In this document: positions 1 to 13,800 of the stretch, piece after piece
How the letters are laid out: every line of letters begins with the position of its first letter
How positions within the stretch are numbered: the first letter of the stretch is position 1
Assembly (NCBI RefSeq): GCF_009914755.1
Contig: NC_060931.1
Strand: one strand, 5' to 3'
DNA length: 64,000 bases
Source of the DNA: the human T2T-CHM13v2.0 reference genome, Homo sapiens
Made by a program: the position numbers and the translations under genes
Notes under the pieces: model-generated
The model's database searches: none
What the model saw: the letters and a program-made list of their open reading frames with translations, nothing else
What the model was told of the DNA's origin: nothing

Positions 1-949
1 AAGGATTATCTAACTTTTTCCATCATTACACAGAAAGTAAATAACGCCTCTGAAACTCAAAATAGGCCTGCCTGATCACAAAGCATGATGACAGTAGAAT
101 ACATATGAGCAATAGATTTAAAGGAGCTAATGGCAGAAGTCTAAATTGAGATTACATAGCCAAAGTTTAGAGCCAGGTGAATACGACTTCAGATTAAAAG
201 TGGATCAGTAAATTCAAAGTATTGGACACAGTTCCTGGATGAGTTCCCTACTCACTGGTGGAGCTTAAGTTCCATCTTTATGAAAACCCAGAGGTGTGAT
301 ACAACAGATTGGCTAAAATAGTGCCCAAAACATTATGCAAGCACTCTTTCCTTTGTTTCCCCTTGAAATGAATATAAGGAATTTCACCTATTAGCTAATA
401 TCCTTACTTGCAACTCAACTGCATCTGTCCAAAGTTATACACAGTAAACAAAAGCCACCAGTCACAATTTTTGCTCACATGCAGTACTGTAGCTTCATAC
501 CTTCTTAAAAACCAGCCCCATCTCTCACGGCCAACTTCCTGGAATGGCAGCCAGAATTGTCAAGAGATTTTAAACCCTCCAAAGCAATACTTTAGTGGAA
601 GAGTATTGCTGAGTGGTCAAAAATCTGAATACAAAAGGATTAGAATGTTTAGGAATAGGGGCACAATGATAGGTATTAGATACAGGATGGGTGAGTCAGT
701 GAAAGCCAGAATGTCTTAGACCAGAGCAAGAGAGTGCTATTAATATTTTGATATGTGAAGGTCGGCGATGTCCACTTAGGAAGAATGAGACCAAAAAAAA
801 AAAAAAACCAGAAAAATATTTTCCTGGTGGTAGAAGTAACTAAGGTTTGTTACTTTGTTTGATTAAAATGGCATCTCTCACTATATTGCTTCATTGTGGT
901 TTTGGCGGGGAAAAATTTACATATAAGGGAGAAATGATTTGTGTCAAAA

Positions 950-1180
950 TCTGTAGTATGATTGCAAATGCTCTTTAAGAACACAGAATTTGTTTTTCAA
1001 ACCTATCACCCATGTAAACATGAGCAAATTATTTGACATTTTAAAGCCTCAGCTATGCGTTTGGTACATTTGAAATAAAATACGCGTTTGGCAAGGACTG
1101 TAATCTTATTAAATACTTAAAAGAGTGTTTGGCACAGAGTAAAAAAGTCAATTGATGGTCATGGTTAGTATTATTGTTAC
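950..1180 (+). mobile_element. MIR SINE, degraded
   Basis: Core 'gagcaaattatttgacatttt..gcctcag' and 3' 'gtttggcacagagtaaaaaagtcaattgatgg' resemble the MIR consensus. Confidence 0.5.
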
Positions 1181-1399
1181 TATGTTCAGGAGCTTAGGCT
1201 AATCTTAATTACAATAAGATGAGCAACTGAGAAGCATAAATAGAAGTTCTAATTAGCTCTTCCAGATGTCACAGGAAACTCACAGATGAAATAAGTACAT
1301 GTATTTACTTTGGTTAGGAAATCTATGATCCCTGGACAATACAAATAACTCTTTACCAAACTGCATCCTGACTACTGGACTCAGAGTGGAAACCAACTT

Positions 1400-2330
1400 G
1401 ATGCAGGAATCCACCACCTAGTCAACATCTCTAACTGGTGAACGGGCAACTGAAACTTGGCATGACTAAAACACTGCCTTTGAGCTCCTCCTCTACAACA
1501 TATATTCACTAGTTTTCTTCATCTTAGAAAATGATACCTCCTAGCCTTCTGTTACTGAAGACAAAAACCTGTGGCTGGTCCTTAACTTTTTCTGTCACTG
1601 TCTACTTCTAATATATCAAGAGATATATTTAAAATATATCCAGAATAAAAGCATGTGTTACAAACAGCACAATTAATACCCTATTCCACCCCAAGATGAT
1701 CTCCCCAACAATTGTTGAAATACTCCCCTAACTGGTCTTCCTACTTCTAAAATTGCCTGTCCACCTACCACAGCCCCCAACCCACAGCATGCAGAGTGAT
1801 CCTTTTAAGCTTATGTGAGATCATGTCACACATGTTCTAAACCCTCCAGGGGCTCACTCAGAATAAAGCTCAAAGTCATCACTCTAGCCCAAATACGCCA
1901 TACCCCACTATTAATCCCTAGTGTTCTCTCTTTAACTCAACATAAGCCATGCCAGAAATTTTCCTGTTCCTGGACATGACAAACATTTTCCCCACTCAAG
2001 TCTGTTTCACCTACTATTCCTCTGCTTGAAATGACTTCCCCTAGTGATCATTAGGGTGCATTTCATTCAGGTCTCTATTCAAATACATGTCCTTGTCCCT
2101 CCGACACAAAATAGTACTTCTCCATAACTCTCTGTAACCATTTTCTGTTTTATTGCTCTTCATATGATTTTCCACTTCTATACACGTATATATTTGTTGG
2201 TGCATTCTCTGTTGTCTGTCTCCTCTTGCTAGGATGTAAACTCAATGAAAGTTTTTATCTCTTCATTCACTGTCGTATCCCAAGGGCCTAGAATATAGAA
2301 CTCAATATGTTTATTGAAAGACTGATAAAA
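1400..2330 (+). mobile_element. L2 LINE 3' portion
   Basis: Ends in an L2a-like tail 'ctaggatgtaaactcaatgaa...cattcactgtcgtatcccaagggcctagaa...ctcaatatgtttattgaa'. Confidence 0.75.
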
Positions 2331-2409
2331 TGTTTATATTTGTTTTAGTATTAATACATTAAATGTTATTACATTGCTAATATGTTATTTTGGGAAAACT
2401 GAATCTATT

Positions 2410-3686
2410 TCATTTTTTACAAATTCAAATTTTATTTTAGGTTCAGGAGATATATTTGCAGGTTTGTTACATTAGTATATTGCCTGATGCTGAGGTTTGA
2501 GATAGGAATGATCCTATCACCCAGGTAGTGAGCATTGTACCCAACAATTAGTTTTCCAACTTTTGCCCCCCTCCTTTATTCCTTAGTCCCCAGTGTCTAT
2601 TGTTGTCATCTTTATGTCCAGGGTACCCAATGTTTAGCTTCCATTTATAAGTAAGAACTTGCAATATTTGGTTTTCTGCTCCTGCACTAATTCACCTGGA
2701 GTAATGGCCTCCAGCTGCATTCACGTTGCTGCAAAGGACATGAATTCTTTTTCATGCCTGCATAGTAATCCATGGTATATATGTAACACGTTTTCTTCAA
2801 CAACCAATCCTCCGTTGGTGGGCACCTAGGTTGCTTCCATGTCTTTGCTATTGTGAATAATGCTGCGATGAACATGAGTGCATGTGTCTTTTAGAGTGAT
2901 TTATTTTCTTTTGGATATATACCCAGTAATGGGACTGCTGTGTCAAATGGTAGTTCTAAGTTCTTTGAGAAATTTCCAAACTGCTTTCCACAGTGGCTGA
3001 ACTAATTTACATTCTCACCAACAGTGTGTATGTGTTCCCTTTTCTTTTTAGCCTCACCAGCATCTATTGTTTTGATTTTTTAACAATAGCCATTCTTACT
3101 GGTGTGAAACAGTATCTCATTGTGGTTTTGATTTGCATTTCTCTAATGATTAGTGACGTTGATAATTTTTTCATGTTTGTTGGATACTTGTATGTCTGCT
3201 TTTGAGAGGTGCCTGTTTATGTTCTTTGCCCATTTTTTAATGTGGCTATTTGTTTTTTTCTTGTTGATCTGGTTAAGTTCCTTATAGATTTTGCATATTA
3301 GTCCTTTGTCAGATGGGTAGTTGGCAAATATTTTCTCCCACTCTGTAGACTGTCTGTTTACTCTGTTGATAGTTTCTTTTGCTGTGCAGAAGCTCTTTAT
3401 TGTAACTAGGTCCCACCTGTCAATTTTTGTTTTTGTTGTAGTTGCTTTTGAGGACTTACTCATAAATTATTTCCCTAGGCCAATGTCCAGAATGATCTTC
3501 AACAAAGTTGACAAAAGCAATGGAGAAAGGACTCCTTATTCAGTAAGTGGTAGAGGGATAGCTGGCTAGCCATATGCAGAAGAATGAAACCAGACCCCTA
3601 CCTTTCACCATATATAAAAATTAACTCAAGATTGATTAAAGATTTGAACCTAAGACCTCAAACTATAAAAACCCTAGAAGAAAACA
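2410..3686 (-). mobile_element. 5'-truncated, 5'-inverted L1 (L1PA15/16-like): 2410-3494 minus, 3493-3686 plus
   Basis: ORF2 C-terminal remnants (ORFs 2687..2875 and 3143..3463, [23 protein letters not shown]) and an L1PA 3'UTR on minus. The adjacent ORF2 segment is in the opposite orientation. Confidence 0.9.
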
Positions 3687-3728
3687 TTAATACAATTAAT
3701 CAATAATTTAATATTAAATATTTAATAA

Positions 3729-4348
<620 letters not shown>

Positions 4349-4679
4349 AATACCAATATTTTATATTCCTCAAACTTTAAAATAAATTCAACTAAATTAT
4401 TCAATCAATAGTTTAATATTAAATTATTAAGTGTTTCTAAATATTAAATATTTAAATATTAAGTACCTTAATATTTATTCCTTTAATTCCTTAAAAAACA
4501 GAATATCCCAAAAATGAGTTTAAAAGAAACTGAGAATATTGAAGAGGGAATTCAACATAGAACACATATGCTTAATTTAGGGTTCATTTTCCTATGGAAC
4601 TTAAGTTTTTCTATATAGTATCCTTTGATAGACTACTAAGGGAGATAATCAGTTGAACGTCTCTAAAGTCTACACATGC

Positions 4680-4988
4680 GGCTGGGTGTGGTGGCTCATG
4701 CTTGTAATCCCAGCACTTTACGACGCTGAGGTGAGCGGATCACTTGAGGTCAGGAGTTCAGGACCAGTCTGGCCAACACAGTGAAATCCCGTCTCTACTA
4801 AAAATACAAAAATTAGCCAGGCATGGTGGCACACACCTGTAGTCCCAGCTACTTGGGCAGCTGAGGCAGGAGTAAACTACTGTTTGAACCTGGGAAGCAG
4901 AGGTTGCAGTGAGGCAAGATCATGCCATTGCACTCCAGCCTGTGCGTCACAGCGAGACTCTGTCTCAAAAATAAATAAATAAATAAAT
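4680..4988 (+). mobile_element. AluS-type SINE
   Basis: Full dimer with a (TAAA)n tail and TSD-like aaagtctacacatgc/aaattctacaaattc. Confidence 0.95.
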
Positions 4989-5479
4989 TCTACAAATTCA
5001 TTCCATGAATATATATTGAATATGTGCTGGGCACTATGGTAAATATGAGTTTGAGTAACCAAGAACAACAAAATCCCTGCCCTTGAATTCATACCACCTT
5101 AGTATTTGCCCGTAAGACCACTGGCCAACTACACTAGAGCAAAAGAAAAAAAAATAGAATTTATAGGTTTTGAAGACTATAAATATTTAGTCTCCTGTGT
5201 TTTAAACAATATGTGAAATCACACGTAGCTTATTAGTTTTTTATAACAGGGAGGATTTTATTTTTTCATTTAATTTACTCCCATTTCAAATTATATACTG
5301 CTGGTTTATCTTTCATATAAACTATCTCTGTCCTAAAGTGCTAAATTGAAATTATTCTAAATTAGTTCCATTTTAATTTGGACGTATGATCGGTTCTTAA
5401 TCACAGAAAGCATTTGGGAAAGATCATATCCATAAATAGCTTTATGAGGCAATAAATTATTTTTCCTTTTTAAAAATTA

Positions 5480-5802
<323 letters not shown>

Positions 5803-7049
5803 TTATTTGGTAGCTCGTTTTCATAGGTTTCCCAGTGCAAGGATGATGGTTTACATTTGCAGCCCCAATTACGCCTGCAGAACCCTATCTACTCCAACTT
5901 TCTTTAAATAGATGGGAAAAAAATACTTAGGAAAAGGTATCATTAACAACACAAAAACAGCAGAATTACATGTTTGACGCCATGTTACTTAATCAATGAA
6001 TGTGTGGGAATTCTTCTTTTGCCCACAGATATTATAAAGAAGAAAGCCCTTTTCTTCTTGAAGAGGACTATCACTGTCTTACTCTTGCATGGGAAAACCT
6101 TAGGGGTCAATACAACCTCCTCTCACATTTCTCCACCAAACAAACCTCACAAAGGAGGTATCAAACTCAGTCACTACATCCTAAAATAACAGTATGTTTC
6201 TATATGAAAAAATTCTTTTTTTAAACTTTATGCATTGTCAAAGATGATTTGATAATATTTTCCATAATTTTATTCTAAGGCTTTAGAAATGAAAATCTCT
6301 AGATTTTCTTATTAAAACAAGTTGGTACGTTTTTAGTAGTTTCTCTAAAAGGTGCCTGACAAGGTCTACAAAAGTTATTATTTTGATTAATGCTCATCTT
6401 CTCAGACATCTGTAAAATGAGGCTAATATTGCCTAACACTGAAACCTCTACAATCTCTGCTGTGAAGGCAGCAGATTGGCTTTCTTGGCATACTTATCCC
6501 TGCTGCCATTATTAATATCTCTGCAGCTCTGAGGGCCCCAATCTTCCAGACACTGTGAGCTTGCGGATTTGTTATGCTGAATCCGAAGGCTTGAAGATGC
6601 TTCTCAGTGTTACAACTTAAACACAAGAGCAGAATCCAATGTGACACCATACTGCAATGTATAATTATATGTGAGTCTCAAGAATCTGTCTTGAAAGAAT
6701 TTCTTGCTCTTTAAAATAATTGTCAATATTGGCTATCTTATTCTTTTCCCTACTTTTTCAGAACTCCCTAGGTGGCTACCACTAAAGCATACTAAGAGGA
6801 ATATAATTACAGTAAACATTTGCTAGAATTTCAAGCAAGAAGCAAACATAATAAATATATCAAAGGTGAAAATATATTGGCTAAAAAAGTATAATTAACA
6901 TATAGTTCAAAACATTGAATTGACATGGAGTTCATCAGTTTCTACAAAAAATTGTAAGAAATAAAAGCCAAAGATTACATTGTATTTTATAAATACCAAA
7001 ATATTAGATATGTAACAATTATATTTGACACTATGGTTCTACTCCATTA

Positions 7050-7620
7050 AAATATGAATGTGTACCTGATAAGATAGAGAACTTCACCCTCCTACCTGGA
7101 AAAACAAACAATAGCAATATATCTGAAATGATTGTTTTCAAATCACAGGGCACAAGGCAAAAAAGAACAGCGATCTCAGGGAAATAGGATACAAATGACA
7201 TGATCCATATTGCACCAGTTTCCCACCTTGAGAGTTTCTAGGTTACAATACAGAGGGACCCAGAGGAGCTTGGTGGATTCCCTGAATTGTGGATAAAGAG
7301 CCAGGATTTGAGAGAAACCAAGAAGGCTAGCATTTGGAAAATAGAGTACCAAAAAAGGAAGAGTTATGCATAGAGAACCCTAAAAATTTGCAGAGTGTCG
7401 GTCAAGTCTTTAGCAAGTCAGCTCATGCGTGATACCCTGAAGAAATTATCCAAGGGCAAAAAAGGATCAGAGTTACAATGCCCAGTATGTGTGTAATGCA
7501 TACTCCTACCAGACAGACTGGAAAATCTCATGATTCACTGGACATTCACTAAGTAGAGAACACCAAAGGGTTGTGCCTCAGTATTGGGTAGTAATTGGTC
7601 CAAGACTGAAAACCTCTAGC
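7050..7620 (+). mobile_element. Ancient L1M 5'-region fragment
   Basis: Purine-rich sequence resembling old L1M 5' ends; family uncertain. Confidence 0.4.
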
Positions 7621-7897
7621 AAAGAAAGATCCTACAACAGTTGCCAAAAGAGTCTGTTGTTAACATATTATCTTTTTTGAATGCTCCATAAAACTATTTT
7701 GTGGGAGCCACTCTGAATAATCTGTATTTGCCTCAAGATCAAATTTCCTTGCACTTTTAATAGGAAACTTTTATTTTCTTACTAAGAAACAAGTGGATCT
7801 ACAAACTAAATACCTTTTCATTATTTTCCAAAATACAGAAGAGAAAAGATGTTAAAAGACTGTTTCAGAGACAGATCAGACTTTCTTTCTAAAAGGA

Positions 7898-8198
7898 TTT
7901 TTTTTTTTTTTTTTTTGAGACAGAGTCTTGCTCTGTTGCCTAGGCTGGAGTGCAGTAGCACAATCTTGGCTTCTGCACAACCTCTAACTCCTGGGTTCAA
8001 GTGATTCTCTTGCCTCAGCCTCCAGAGTAGCTGGGATTACAGACACCTGCCACCGCACCCAGCTAATTTTTGTATTTTTAGCAGAGGCGGAGGTTCTCCA
8101 CCTTGGCCAGACAGGTCTCAAACTCCTGACCTCAAGTGATCCACCCACCTCGGCCTCCTAAAGTGCTGGATTACAGGCGTAAGCCACTGTGCCCAGCC
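7898..8198 (-). mobile_element. AluS-type SINE
   Basis: PolyT followed by a full reverse-complement Alu dimer. Confidence 0.95.
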
Positions 8199-10877
8199 TC
8201 TTCACGTGGAATACTTTTAATGAGGAAATGTAACTCCAAAGAACTGCGCATTTAGACTTGGGAGTTTCCAAAACAGAATTAAATTGCTTAATTTTTACAT
8301 ACACTTAACAAATCTAAGTGAGGTTATGATTTAAATTATGAGGAGGTTATCATTGTGTTTGTTATGTAACTTTTTAAAGAAGCTGCCTGATCCTCACCAA
8401 ATTAGAAAACACTTATAGTGATATGAAGATATATTTAATTTCAAAGTTAACATTCTATTATTTGATGCATATACTATTAAATGTGTAATTTCCCAGTTTA
8501 TCAATGTATTTAAATGTAGTGGACAAAAAATAATGTATTTAGGAAAATACAATGATCACTTTTCTACATTTCTGTAGTCTATGCTTACTTGAAAGGTAGC
8601 TTTTGTTAATAGTCTTCCGTTACTACAAATCCATTACATTCATTTCATGCCTTTGTATTATAATTGATGCTCATTTTGGCCCACATTCCTTTTTTTTCCC
8701 CCACATTACGTAACTTAGTTACCACCGAAAATCTTAAGGAAATGAAATCCCAAGGGGATAGACTAGAGAAAAACAGTATACCCTGGACATTGACTTGAAA
8801 ACTTTCATGAAGAACCTAAGCTAGATCTAATTTGTGCAGGTGGCACTCTCTGCTGTAAGAGTCGACCAAAATATATTGATTTTTTTACAGGTTTTTTTCA
8901 GCAGCTTTATTAAAAAACGCCAACATGAAAATATTAGTTACAAAATTGTAGTGCCCATAATGTTTTACAGAGTATGGCATTCAGGGGAATTAAAAACCAT
9001 AAAAATGTTTCCAAATTTATATTGGATACTCTCAGATGCCCTGTAACTTGAAATATATCATCAAAGTAATCTGTGTTCAAATGTATCTGCAGTAACTTTA
9101 TTACATATCCTATTATAAGACCTTATTGAATATTCAAACTGTTTTTTGTGTGTTTATTAGTTAAAAGAAGCATTGCCTTTTCAATTTTAGTTTGTAGAAC
9201 ATGCTAGTGCAATACATATTATACATATTTTTATTTCCAACATGTACTCATGATATCACCCCAGGAAGTGGACACTGGCAGCTGAGGAATTGATTTTTCA
9301 AGGATTACTAAACCAAAATCAACATAAAAGTCCGTGGGTCATATCACTAAACTAAACACTATATATTTAAATATATGCTTTGCAAGTTTCAGTAAGAAAG
9401 GAATGTGTCTCTTACACCTTTGTCGTGGCCATCAAATTGCTCTCTTGACTCCCAAAGTTATTTATATAGAACTTGCATACATAAAACAAGTAAGTATTTA
9501 TCTTCTCTAATATATGCATAAACAGAAAAGACTGTGGGACCACAGCAGGGTCCCCAATTACAAGTCAGCCACAACTTTTCTGTGTGATTATTGGCTACAG
9601 TGAATCTGGAAAAAAATATTGCTGTTGGATTTTAATGTCTTTGTATGCTTTTAGACATCCCTGAGATTAGAAAGGCACTATAGAATTTTGCAAATAAACA
9701 ACCTTTCTTCCTAGTCACACAGCATGTTCTCAGCAAAGAAAAACACATGTGGGAAACAAGCAAATACAACTTTCAAAATTAATTTGTGTCAGGAATGAAG
9801 CTGTCTCCAACTCTACTTTCAGTTTGTAAAGGGTTTCAACACTTGATATTTCTCTTCGTCAATATATCTACATGAGTTTCTCATATATTTTTTCATGACA
9901 GTAGAGAAATCTTGAGAAAACCATGCTGTAAGTCACATATTTTAATGTACACAGTGTCTGGCTACATTTTTACCCAGGAAGCACTCACTCATGCCCAGGC
10001 ATTCAAATGTTAATGGCCACTATTTCAAATTTAACATGGAGGCTCACATAGCTTAAAATGAGTAAGTCTCCATCTTTTGTTTCTATGAATCAGTATAATT
10101 TATTTAGAGATTTTATTTAATACAACTAAGAAAAATCAACAATGCGAACTGTACTCAACATTGGTTAGTATATCAACAGTTGGATATTTAGACACAGATG
10201 ACCCTGGCTTTTCTTTTGGTCTCATTCAACTATTTAAGCTCTATTAATGATGTAGATTTTAGTTCTACTTGGGGAGAACATATTAAGTTAATATATTAAA
10301 CAAAGTAGTTAAGTGAGGGGTTATGAGACCTTACTTAAACAAATATGAAGTCTAAGCATTTTGGTGGTTTGATGTTTAGGTGTGCACTGCCAAGCGTAAT
10401 GTGGTTCATGCCACAGTTATAAAAGCTTTGGTCCAAAAAGAAATTCTTGGTTTCAAATTTTGTCATTTTGGGGGCTAAAGCCAAATAAACCTGGTACACT
10501 ATGCAATTTGTTTCATCATTAGCTCTAGCACAGGTAAGAAAAACAAACAGTAACTATATGTCCAATCATTACATTTTCAAAAAACTTCTGGCCCCATAGT
10601 ATCCTAGTTCCTGCATTTGCTTCACAAAATGGAAACAAGAATCTAACTCATTGTTTTCTGCTACAGTAATACAAGTCGATTTCATGTTTCCCTGTGGCTT
10701 TTTATTTTAAAAAATTATATTTGGACAGACAGCACATACAAACTTATCTATTGTTTAAAATTTGGGTTCCTATATGGAGAATAATTTGGTTACTAACTTT
10801 GAACACACGCACAAAATAAATATATATGGACAACACCAATCATTAAAGTTTTAAAATAATGTTAAAATTAAAATGGT

Positions 10878-13800
10878 TTTTGTTGGTTTAATGTCTGTTT
10901 TGTCAGAAACTTGGGATTGCATCCCATCCTTCTGTTTTCCAATTGCTTGGTAGTGTTTTCTCCGTCCCTTTATGGGATCAAATCAACAAGGATTCCTAAC
11001 TATCCTAAATATGTATGCACCCAACACAGGAGCACCCAGATTTATTAAGCAAGTTCTTAGAGATCTTCAAAGAGATTTAGACTCCCACACAATAATAGTG
11101 GGAGACTTTACTACCCCACTGACAATATTAGATCATCCAGACAGAGAATTAACAAAGATATGCAGCACCTGAACTCAGCACTAGACCAAATGGACCTGAT
11201 AGATACAGTCAGAACTCTCCACCCAGAGTTCTGGGTGGCAAAATTCTATAGTGCCTTTCTAATCTCAGTGATGTCTAAAAGCATACAAAGACATTAAAAT
11301 CCAACAGAATTTACATTCTTCTCATCGCTACATGACACATAATCTAAAATCAATCACAAAAATGAAAGTAAAACACTACTCAGCAAATGCAAAAGAACTG
11401 AAATCATAACCCACATTCTTTCAGACCACAGCACAATTAGAAATTAAGACTAAGAAATTCACTCAAAACCATACAATTACATGGAAACTGAATAACCTGC
11501 TCCTGAATCACTTTTCGGTAAATGATGAAATTAAGGCAAAAGTTTCAAAGAAGTTCTTTGAAACTAATGAGAACAAAGACACAACACACAACATACCAGA
11601 ATCTCTAGGACACAGCTAAGGCAGTGTTAAGAGAGAAATTTATAGCACTAGAAGTCCACATCAAGAAGTCAGAAACATCTCAAGTTCACAACCTAGTATC
11701 ACGACTAAATAACTAGAGAAATCAAGAGCAAAGAAATCCCAAAGCTATCACAAGACAATAACCAAAATCACAGCTGAAGCAAAGGAGATTGAGACATGAA
11801 AAACCATTGGAAAGATCAACAAATCCAGGAGCTGTTTTGGGGAAAACATTAATCAAGTAGAAAAACTGTTAATTAGATTGATAAAGAAGAAACAGAAGAT
11901 TCAAATAAACAGTATCAAAAACAAGGAGGTTATTACCAATGACCCCACAGAAGTACAAACAACAATCAGAAAATATTATGAACACTTACATGCACATACA
12001 CTAGAAAATCTAGACGAATTTCCTGGATACATACACCCTCCTAAGACTGAACCAGGAAGATATTAAAACCCTAAAGAGAACAATAGTGAGCTCTAAAATT
12101 GAGGCAGTAACAAATAACCTACCAATCAACAAAAGCCCAGCACCAGACAGATTCACAGCTGAATTCTACCAGAGGTACAAAGAAGAGCTGGTACCATTTC
12201 TACTGAAACTATTCCAAAAACTTCAGGCCAATATCCTTGACTGACAGTAATGCAAAAATTCTCAATAAAATACTGGCAAACCAAATCTAGCATCACATCA
12301 AAAAGCTTATCCACCATGATTAAATGGGCTTTATCCCTGGGTGCAAGGTTGGTTCAACATACACAAATCAGTCAATGTGATTCATTACGTTAACAGAACT
12401 AAAGACAGAAAGCATATGATTATCCCAATAGATGCAGAAAAAGACTTTCTTTAATTCGACACCCTTTCATATTGCTCATTTTCAATAAACTAGGTATTGA
12501 AGGAAATTGCCTCAAAATAAAAAGATCCATATAAGACAAACGCACAGCTAACATTTTACTGAATGGGCAAATGTTGGAAGCATTCCCCTTGAAACCAGCA
12601 CAAGACAAGTATGCCCTCCGTCTCTCACCACTCCTATTCAACATAGTATTTTAAGTTCTGGGCAGGGCATTCAGGCAAGAGAAAGAAACAAAGGGCAACA
12701 ATAAGAAGAGAGGAGATCAAACTATCCCTATTTGCAGACGACATGATCCTCTACCTAGAAAACCCCATGGTGTCAACCCAAAAGCTTCTTAAGTTGATAA
12801 ACAACTTCAGCAAAGTCTCCGGATACAAAATCATATGCAAAAATCACTGGCATTTCTATACACCAATGACAGTCAAACTGAGAGCAAAATTAGGAATGAA
12901 CTCCCATTAATAATTGCCACAAGAATAATAAAATACCTAGTGATACAGATAACCAGGGAGGTGAAAGATCTCTAGAAGGAGAGCTACAAAACACTACTCA
13001 AAGAAATCGGATATTGACACAAACAACTGGAAAGCCATTCCATGTTCATGGATAGCAAGATTCAATATCATTTAAATGGCCATATTGCTCAAAGCAATTT
13101 ATAGAATCAATGCTATGCTTATTAAACATTCCTCACAGAACTAGACAAACATTGTCATTCTTCACAGAATTAGAAAAAACTACTTTAAAATGCACATGGA
13201 ACCAATAAAAGAGCCCGAACAGCCCAGACAATCCTAAGTAAAAAGAACAAAGCTGGGGACATAACATTATCCAACTTTGAACTACACTACAGGTCTACAG
13301 TAACCAAAGCAGCATGGTACTGGCACAAAAACAGTCACATAGACCAATGGAACAGAACAGAGAACTCAGAAATAACACTGCACAACTACAACTATCTCAT
13401 CTTCAACAAACCTGACAAAAACAAGCAATGGGGAAAGGATTCCCTAATTCAATAAATGGTGCTGGGATAACTGCCTAGCCATATGCAGAAGATTCAAACT
13501 GGACCCCTCCCTTACTGCATATACAAAAACTCAGCATAGATTAAAGACTTAAATGTGAAACCTAAAACTATAAAAACCCTTTAAGACAACCTAGGCAATA
13601 CCATTCAGGACACAGACAAAAACAAAGATTTCATGATGAAGACGCCAAAAACAATTGCAACAAAACCAAAAATTAACAAATGGGATCTAATTAAACTGAA
13701 GAGCTTCTGCAAAGCAAAAGGAACTATCAACAGAGTGAACAGACAACCTACAGAATGGGAGAAAAGTTTTGCAAACTATGCATCCAACAAAGGTATAATA

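Noticed and set aside
8885-8915. Minus-strand AATAAA followed by A7, resembling an mRNA 3' end or processed pseudogene tail
   Set aside because: Only 7 nt separate the signal from the A-run, there is no TSD or upstream ORF, and AATAAA is frequent in this AT-rich DNA.
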